This document shows positions 1-5,728 of a DNA stretch of 20,000 nucleotides, in pieces (position 1 is the first letter of the stretch; every line of letters begins with the position of its first letter). The DNA is taken from IMG/VR virus record IMGVR_UViG_3300017728_001586; one strand, written 5' to 3'. Origin of the DNA: an uncultured virus (IMG/VR IMGVR_UViG_3300017728_001586). Lineage: Duplodnaviria > Heunggongvirae > Uroviricota > Caudoviricetes. Made by a program: the position numbers and the translations under genes. Under the pieces are notes generated by a model. It was not told the DNA's origin, ran no database searches, and saw only the letters and a program-made list of their open reading frames with translations.

Positions 1-19
1 CTACGCCTTTTATTGCCAT
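1..19 (-). CDS. 5' end of next gene (MAIKGV...), runs off the window
   Basis: ATG at 19-17 overlaps the TAA of the 110-aa gene (TAATG coupling). Six open codons ATG GCA ATA AAA GGC GTA reach the window edge. Confidence 0.55.
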
Positions 20-351
20 TATCTGGTTACTCCTGGTGTGACTATTGCTTGACCTTCTACAACTCTTGTTGTTATACCACCAGCACTTGTTATGTTCATA
101 TCATACACATATCTTCCAGGTTCTAATGCTGATGTTTGAGTATCAGTCAAAGATAATGTCACTTTACCGGTAACATTCTCATTACTGGTAGTGAATGTGG
201 CAGATATGGTTGAAGAACCATAGGTCTTTCTTATTTGTCCTGCTGATGTATAACCAGAGAGATTTAAAACCTGTCCTGTTGAATCGGAAACATCTACAGC
301 AACTTGAAAGTCTGTTCCCTGGTCGATAAATAAATTTGCGATTATAGCCAT
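19..351 (-). CDS. Conserved T4-like phage hypothetical protein, 110 aa, probably a beta-sandwich virion/baseplate-associated protein
   Basis: Motifs ANLFIDQGTDF, GKVTLSLTDTQTSALEPGRYVYD and RVVEGQAIVTPGVTR match a small protein family I recall from tail regions of marine T4-like phages. It is co-oriented with the operon. Confidence 0.8.
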   Translation of the reverse strand: MAIIANLFIDQGTDFQVAVDVSDSTGQVLNLSGYTSAGQIRKTYGSSTISATFTTSNENVTGKVTLSLTDTQTSALEPGRYVYDMNITSAGGITTRVVEGQAIVTPGVTR

Positions 352-356
352 ATTAC

Positions 357-363
357 TATTTAG
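357..363 (-). promoter_or_regulatory. Putative T4-type late promoter variant (CTAAATA)
   Basis: Minus strand reads GACTAAATAGTAATATG in the 17-nt gap before the 110-aa gene. This resembles the gp55 late promoter consensus TATAAATA. Confidence 0.55.
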
Positions 364-368
364 TCATC

Positions 369-1463
369 CTATTCGTCAAACGGCAAAGCAGGTACCTGAT
401 GAATTTTCTCAACTGTTGAACTATCTTTCTTAACAAAGACTTTAGTTGAAGCTTTTACAACACCATCACTATCTTTTATAAAGACTCCTTTCACTTTTGC
501 AACTGGCGTTATTGGTCGATTAGAGTTCTCTGTTGCTTGAAATATAAACGGAGACCTGAATCCATATGGTTGTTGTCTGTTTTGTTGAAAACTATAAGAC
601 GCCTGACCTTGTGCAATATATGGTTGTCGACCAATAGTAGGATTTCTGTAAATAGAAGGACTTCTATATGAGAAAGGATATGTAAATGGTTGCCTTCTAA
701 TAACAGGGTCTTGTCTATTGTGAGTATTAAGATATTGTGCGTTATGTGCTGAAGGTGTTCTCTTATTTCTAATATTAGGTTCTTGTTGACTTCTAATATT
801 AGGTTGTTGTTTATTTTTAAGCGCTTGTCTAATAGAAGGTGTTTGTGCGCTTCTAATATTAGGTTCTTGTTGACTCGCTGGTGTTCTTGTTATAGAAGGA
901 GTTTGTTTACTCGCTTGATAAGCAGACTGTTTGTTTCTTATAACAGATTCCTGTTTATTTTTAATAGTAGGTTGTTGTTGATTTCTAATAAAAGGATTCT
1001 GCGTATTCGCTTGTGCATCTGCGGTGTAAGGACTTTGAGCGCTTCTAATATTAGGTTCTTGAGCAGTCTGTTGGGCGCTTCTTATACTAGGCGCCTGTTT
1101 GTCTCTAATAACAGGTTCTTGTGCGTTTGCAGTATACGGAGTTTGATGAGCTCTTTCAAACGGATTTTGTCTGTTTCTAATATTAGGTTCTTGTTGATTT
1201 CTAATATTAGGTTGTTGATTACTTTCCTGCTGATTTCTTTCAAACGGATGTTGTTTGTTTCTAATATTAGGTTGTTGATTACTTTCCTGCTGATTTCTTT
1301 CAAACGGATGTTGTTTGTTTCTAATAACAGGTTGCTGTGCCTGATGCTGTCGATTTCTTTCAAACGGATGTTGTTTGTTTCTAATAACAGGTTGTTGCGC
1401 TGGTTGTTGCACCTGTGTAGCAATAGGATGTTGGTATATGGATGGTTGTTGTCCTACTGGCAT
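369..1463 (-). CDS. Q/N/R/P-rich repeat protein, 364 aa (NIRNKQQP-type repeats), putative fibre partner chain
   Basis: ORF with AGGAG SD 9 nt upstream of ATG. It has 8/12/6-residue Pro-terminated repeats and a short C-terminal beta-rich tail (VAKVKGVFIKD...KVFVKKD). Confidence 0.85.
   Translation of the reverse strand: MPVGQQPSIYQHPIATQVQQPAQQPVIRNKQHPFERNRQHQAQQPVIRNKQHPFERNQQESNQQPNIRNKQHPFERNQQESNQQPNIRNQQEPNIRNRQNPFERAHQTPYTANAQEPVIRDKQAPSIRSAQQTAQEPNIRSAQSPYTADAQANTQNPFIRNQQQPTIKNKQESVIRNKQSAYQASKQTPSITRTPASQQEPNIRSAQTPSIRQALKNKQQPNIRSQQEPNIRNKRTPSAHNAQYLNTHNRQDPVIRRQPFTYPFSYRSPSIYRNPTIGRQPYIAQGQASYSFQQNRQQPYGFRSPFIFQATENSNRPITPVAKVKGVFIKDSDGVVKASTKVFVKKDSSTVEKIHQVPALPFDE
1201..1396. 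repeat. 60-bp coding tandem repeat, about 3 copies (20 aa: NIRNKQHPFERNQQESNQQP)
   Basis: 1201-1260 and 1261-1320 are identical. 1321-1380 is a diverged third copy whose last 29 nt are identical to the others. Confidence 0.95.
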
Positions 1464-1469
1464 ATCACA

Positions 1470-3071
1470 TTACTCCTGGTTATTATCATCGTTTTCATCG
1501 TCTTCTGGTTCTTCGTTTTCGTAATACAGAGTCACTTTTAGCGATATTGTATGAGTTCCCATATTAGCATCTGGACTTGTAAATGTAAATGTATTAGTTG
1601 TCTCGTACTCCTTAACATCTCCACCGCTAGCATTATCACATTTCCACTTGGTAAAAGTACCATTAGTTGTACCAAAACTCCAAGAAGTGCTAGTTATTGC
1701 AGTGCCTGTAGAAATGTTTCCGCTCAGAGTACCCTCATTGAAGGTACCATGAGTAGAGGTACTTCTAGCAACAGAATAATTAGTTCCAGCATCGTCTATT
1801 TTGTATAGAAGAATAGCACTATTTGCATTAATGCTTTGCTGCTGACCATTTTGAGTACCGCCGGTATTTGTTTCTTCCAGATATGCATCAGCATTCTGTC
1901 CAGGTGGTATACCATCAGATGAAGCATAAACATATACATTAACATCATTACTTGATTCAACACAATATAATACAATCCAAGGTTCTAGACCGCTATGGTC
2001 CGAAACTGAAACCTCACAATGAACTTCAGTATATGGAGCAGTCGTAGTACCAATGTTTTGCTGTTGTAATTCACTAAAGATAAACGGTGTTCGTGCATTT
2101 CTTGAGTTTTGTGTATTGACAATTACTGGAGTTGTAAATGGTGACCTATGTTGGTAAATACTCGGCGATTGATGCTGATAAATTGACGGACTTCTAAATG
2201 GTGACCTATGCTGATAAGTACTTGGCGATTGATGCTGATAAATTGACGGACTTCTAAATGGCGACTGATGCTGATAAGTACTTGGCGATTGATGCTGATA
2301 AATTGACGGACTTCTAAATGGCGACTGATGCTGATAAATCAACGGACTTCTATGGTCATAAGTGTCTGGACTTCTATGTTGATAGATACTAGGTTCTCTA
2401 TTATCGTATGTAGAAGGTGACCTATGGTCATAGGTAAATGGTGACCTATGTTGATAAGTAAACGGACTTCTATAAGGCGACCTATGGTCATATATTAAAG
2501 GTTCTCTATTTTGATATGTAGAAGGTGTTCGAGAAGGACTTTGGTGGTTATATGTTGAAGGACTTCTGTGGTCATATGTAAAAGGACTTCTATGTTCATA
2601 TGTTAAAGGTTGTCTATTTGTATAGATGCTAGGCGTTCTAGTCTGAGTCGGTGTACGATATATCAAAGGACTTCTATGTTGATATGTAGAAGGTTCTCTA
2701 TGTTGATAATTTAACTGATAAGTAAACGGTGACCTATGTTGATATGTCAACGGACTTCCATGTTGATATGTAGAAGGTGTTTGAATATTGTATATTGAAG
2801 GCGCCCTACTTGTGTATATAGCAGGCGACCTGTGATTATAGGTTTTTTGTGCGACACCTTGAGCAATTATTGGATTTTGTGCATTACTAGGCGTCTGAAC
2901 ATTTGTAGGTGTTCTACTTTGATATGTAAATGGTTGTGTTCCTTGAGTAGTAACCTGATAAATTCTTTGTGCGATATTCGGTTGTTGACCGGCTGCAGGT
3001 ACTCTGGCTAAAAAGGGTTGCTGAAAAGTTCCACCATTCTTATCATGTTTTATAAAAATATCGTCTGACAT
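1470..3071 (-). CDS. Y/H/R/S/P-rich repeat protein, 533 aa (xTYQHRSP repeats, aa 20-329) with a C-terminal ~200-aa non-repetitive domain, putative fibre with tip domain
   Basis: About 40 Pro-terminated segments, all of even length (4/6/8/12/14/16), then a Ser/Thr/Gly/Asn-rich domain and an acidic tail. It lies directly downstream of a fibre-like gene. Confidence 0.85.
   Translation of the reverse strand: MSDDIFIKHDKNGGTFQQPFLARVPAAGQQPNIAQRIYQVTTQGTQPFTYQSRTPTNVQTPSNAQNPIIAQGVAQKTYNHRSPAIYTSRAPSIYNIQTPSTYQHGSPLTYQHRSPFTYQLNYQHREPSTYQHRSPLIYRTPTQTRTPSIYTNRQPLTYEHRSPFTYDHRSPSTYNHQSPSRTPSTYQNREPLIYDHRSPYRSPFTYQHRSPFTYDHRSPSTYDNREPSIYQHRSPDTYDHRSPLIYQHQSPFRSPSIYQHQSPSTYQHQSPFRSPSIYQHQSPSTYQHRSPFRSPSIYQHQSPSIYQHRSPFTTPVIVNTQNSRNARTPFIFSELQQQNIGTTTAPYTEVHCEVSVSDHSGLEPWIVLYCVESSNDVNVYVYASSDGIPPGQNADAYLEETNTGGTQNGQQQSINANSAILLYKIDDAGTNYSVARSTSTHGTFNEGTLSGNISTGTAITSTSWSFGTTNGTFTKWKCDNASGGDVKEYETTNTFTFTSPDANMGTHTISLKVTLYYENEEPEDDENDDNNQE
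1473..1477 (-). promoter_or_regulatory. Shine-Dalgarno (AGGAG) for the 364-aa gene
   Basis: Minus strand CAGGAG-TAATGTGAT-ATG. The SD lies in the last codons of the 533-aa gene. Confidence 0.75.
2135..2337. repeat. 60-bp coding tandem repeat, about 3.4 copies (20 aa: SIYQHQSPSTYQHQSPFRSP)
   Basis: 2161-2220 and 2221-2280 differ at 4 positions. 2221-2280 and 2281-2340 differ at 2 positions. Confidence 0.95.
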
Positions 3072-3081
3072 ATTTTGTTCA

Positions 3082-5514
3082 CTATATTAAAAAGAAAAGA
3101 TGACCTATCTCTTTTCCACTACCACTAGGAAGACCACTAGATAAATCTGAGTCTGTTATCACACTATAATCTAACTCTATGTCGTTACCATCTAGAGTGA
3201 TACCATTACTCACTGAAGCTTCTAATGTTATCTCACCATCTGTAGTTGTATTAGTACCACCGTCTGGATTATCATTGTAGGTGAGTTTTATACCTTTATT
3301 TAGTTCAACATTTGCAGTACCATTTTGAGCTATTGTTCCATCACCACTTGCATCGAACTTAAATTGTTTAGCGACTCTGTTGTCTGTAAAGAACACAGCA
3401 GAAGCGTCTTCAGTTAAATTACTAGTACTACCAGCTTGGTCACCAGGGTTCCAAGCAGAACCACTCCATATTAGTATTTGACCAGTACTTGCACCACTAT
3501 TGACATTTGCTAAATCTTCTAAGTCGATTGATGGTAAGTCTGATAGAGTTAAAGCAGTAAGAGTAGTTGCAATAGATACATTACCCTTTGCAGTCTGAGT
3601 CTGGGTACCAGTGACTGCACCTGTTAATGTGAAAGTTGAATTTGCAATTGTTAAATCTATTGTACCATCAGCGTCATCGTCATTGTAAGTTGCTGTAAGA
3701 CCTGTATGTGTACCATTGGTTGCAATCTGAGCACCAGTAATGTCTTGTACTTTCTCGGTGAGTGTGACATTTGACCATGAAGAACCAGTTTGAACTAAAA
3801 TTTGGTCATTAGTATTGTTTGCATCTGAAACATCGTATAAGTCATTTAGAGCAAGTTCGGTAGAAGTAATATCTCCTTTAGTCAAAGCTCTAAGAGTAGT
3901 TGCAATTGTCAAATTACCTTTTGCAGTCTGAGTAGCAGTACCTGTGACTCCACCTGTTAATGTGAAAGTTGAATTGTCTACTACTAGATTTGTTTTGCCT
4001 GTATCATCGTTGTATGTGACTGATAGACCTGTTTCAGTATTACCAGCGAACATTGCACCAGCGATATCTTCAACTCTTTCTCGCATGGGTGTGTTTTCCC
4101 ATTGGTCTGTGGTATCATTATACAGTAAAACATGGTCTTCTGCAAGCGCAATAGGATGGTCTACATTTGCAAGATAATCTATATTCTTTAATGCGATTCT
4201 AGCGTCTGCTCTTGCATCTGTATAATATAGATTAGAATTATGTTCTGTTAAGTTTTGTGTTGTGTGGTTTGCAATACTTGAAACTGTACCAGTCAAAGAA
4301 CCTGCGTTTGCATTACTGTCGTGGTCAGATGTTGTATCTAGTATTGTGTGAGTACCAGCAAAGTTTTTAATGTTATTAACTACAGAACTACCTGATTTGA
4401 ATACTGAGTTAGTATCACCTGTTATATCATCGACACTTGTAATGTCGCCACCAGTGATATTCAATGTACCATCTGTTAGAGTTCCTACTGTTGCAGTTCC
4501 TGATACATTTGATAAGTTTGAATATACATTTGACCATCTCTTTGATGTTAAACCCAATGAATATGTATTAGTTGTTTCTGGTCTTAGATGAGAGTTTGCA
4601 TAACCTGTGAATGTAATTGTATCACTAGCGGCATTACCTAATGTTGTGTTTCCGTCTACTGTAAGGTTTGCATTTAAGGTTGTATTATCAACTACTTGAA
4701 GTGTTGATTGCATATGCACATCACCATCAATGTCTACAGCATCTAAATGAGATGTACCATTTACATCGATGTCGCCTTCGATATCTAAGAATCCTGAGAA
4801 TGTTCCGTTGACTGCGCCTGTTATAGAACCACTGTTGATACTCATTGTAGAATCAGTGATAGTAGGTGCAGTTAGTGTCTTGCCTGTTGTGAGTAAGATA
4901 TCATCTTCTGCAAATGTCTTACCTGCAAGTTGTATTGTATATCCAGATTCTAGTAGAGTTGTTGGTGATGAACTATCTCCATTTATAATAACACCGTTTG
5001 CATTGGTGTTATAGATTGTGTTCTCAACTGTTTTCTGGAAGAATGATGCAACTGAGTTTGCAATATTTGTTCCTACAAATGCACCAGTGTATGAGTATAC
5101 ATGAAGTCTATCGTTAGTAGACATTGCATTTGCTTGACCAGATGCATAAGTACCTGTTAGTGTGATACCCTCATGCGAACCTGTACCAGTAGGATTAGAA
5201 ATAATGAAATCTACATCTTCTATCAAATGTCTTTCGTTTTTAAATACTTGAATCTTATCTTTTACAAAAATTAAGTTATTTGCAAACTCATCGTTACCTG
5301 TAAATAGTGTTTGGTTTGTTGATGCAACGAATACGAACTCTTGGAAGAAAAACTGTTTGTCTTCTAAAACATTGACAGCATCAACTAGTGTTCCGTTGTT
5401 TCCAGATTTTAATCCTTCTCTTAGACCAGAAACTTCACCCACATCATATGCGAGTTCGTTATAGGTAGTTCTAAAGTCTTCAATTGTTGCGAAGTTGTCT
5501 ACTGTTTTAGCCAT
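3082..5514 (-). CDS. Tail-fibre-like structural protein, 810 aa
   Basis: N-terminus T(I)EDFRTTYNEL resembles fibre attachment segments of marine T4-like phages. It is Thr/Gly/Asp-rich, with fibre-type motifs (NLTVDGNTTLGNAASDTITF; TQNLTEHNSNLYYTDARAD; LxDLxxV...QILxxxGSxW) and an internal duplication. Confidence 0.75.
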   Translation of the reverse strand: MAKTVDNFATIEDFRTTYNELAYDVGEVSGLREGLKSGNNGTLVDAVNVLEDKQFFFQEFVFVASTNQTLFTGNDEFANNLIFVKDKIQVFKNERHLIEDVDFIISNPTGTGSHEGITLTGTYASGQANAMSTNDRLHVYSYTGAFVGTNIANSVASFFQKTVENTIYNTNANGVIINGDSSSPTTLLESGYTIQLAGKTFAEDDILLTTGKTLTAPTITDSTMSINSGSITGAVNGTFSGFLDIEGDIDVNGTSHLDAVDIDGDVHMQSTLQVVDNTTLNANLTVDGNTTLGNAASDTITFTGYANSHLRPETTNTYSLGLTSKRWSNVYSNLSNVSGTATVGTLTDGTLNITGGDITSVDDITGDTNSVFKSGSSVVNNIKNFAGTHTILDTTSDHDSNANAGSLTGTVSSIANHTTQNLTEHNSNLYYTDARADARIALKNIDYLANVDHPIALAEDHVLLYNDTTDQWENTPMRERVEDIAGAMFAGNTETGLSVTYNDDTGKTNLVVDNSTFTLTGGVTGTATQTAKGNLTIATTLRALTKGDITSTELALNDLYDVSDANNTNDQILVQTGSSWSNVTLTEKVQDITGAQIATNGTHTGLTATYNDDDADGTIDLTIANSTFTLTGAVTGTQTQTAKGNVSIATTLTALTLSDLPSIDLEDLANVNSGASTGQILIWSGSAWNPGDQAGSTSNLTEDASAVFFTDNRVAKQFKFDASGDGTIAQNGTANVELNKGIKLTYNDNPDGGTNTTTDGEITLEASVSNGITLDGNDIELDYSVITDSDLSSGLPSGSGKEIGHLFFLI
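3440..4080 (-). repeat. Intragenic tandem duplication of about 108 aa in the fibre gene
   Basis: ERVEDIAGAM...NSTFTLTGGVTGTATQTAKGNLTIATTL versus EKVQDITGAQ...NSTFTLTGAVTGTQTQTAKGNVSIATTL. Copies start at 4080 and 3756 (324-nt offset). Confidence 0.9.
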
Positions 5515-5728
5515 GTAATTTCTCTACTATATCTTTTAATAAGTCTTTAATTTCTGTTACCTCTTTCTTAAGAGTATTTATTTCATTCTTTTGAGTTTTT
5601 AAAAACTCTCTTCTTCTCATTGTCAACCTATACTGTTCTTCGTTAGTATTGATAATGGCATGAGAGGATTCATCCCTAATTAGGTCTGAAAATCCTTCCA
5701 CTTTATGTACTATCTTACGCAAGAGCAA
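5507..5728 (-). CDS. Small conserved phage protein with C-terminal coiled coil (start codon uncertain)
   Basis: KVEGFSDLIRDESSHAIINT followed by heptad-like EINTLKKEVTEIKDLLKDIVEKL. I recall this gene type following VrlC-like genes in marine T4-like phages. Its stop overlaps the ATG of the fibre gene. Confidence 0.8.
   Translation of the reverse strand: MLLRKIVHKVEGFSDLIRDESSHAIINTNEEQYRLTMRRREFLKTQKNEINTLKKEVTEIKDLLKDIVEKLHG
5575..5582 (-). promoter_or_regulatory. Possible late promoter (AATAAATA) about 60 nt upstream of the fibre gene
   Basis: 7/8 match to TATAAATA inside the small gene. It could be chance in AT-rich DNA. Confidence 0.35.

Noticed and set aside
783..1541. 252-aa plus-strand ORF and the 113-aa alternative-frame ORF at 1082-1423
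   Set aside because: These are shadows of the repetitive 364-aa gene. Repeats that lack a stop in one unit propagate open frames, and there is no SD or protein-like composition.
1470..2084. Diversity-generating retroelement target
   Set aside because: I saw no reverse transcriptase and no template/variable repeat pair differing at adenines in this window. One elsewhere in the genome cannot be excluded.
1201..2340. 60-bp periodic repeats as a CRISPR array
   Set aside because: The units are contiguous with no unique spacers, are a multiple of 3 and lie in frame within ORFs. No cas genes are present.
513..3014. DNA-level inverted repeat or invertible segment explaining the mirror symmetry
   Set aside because: Both genes are on the same strand and their repeat units are not reverse complements. 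No recombinase or terminal inverted sites were seen.
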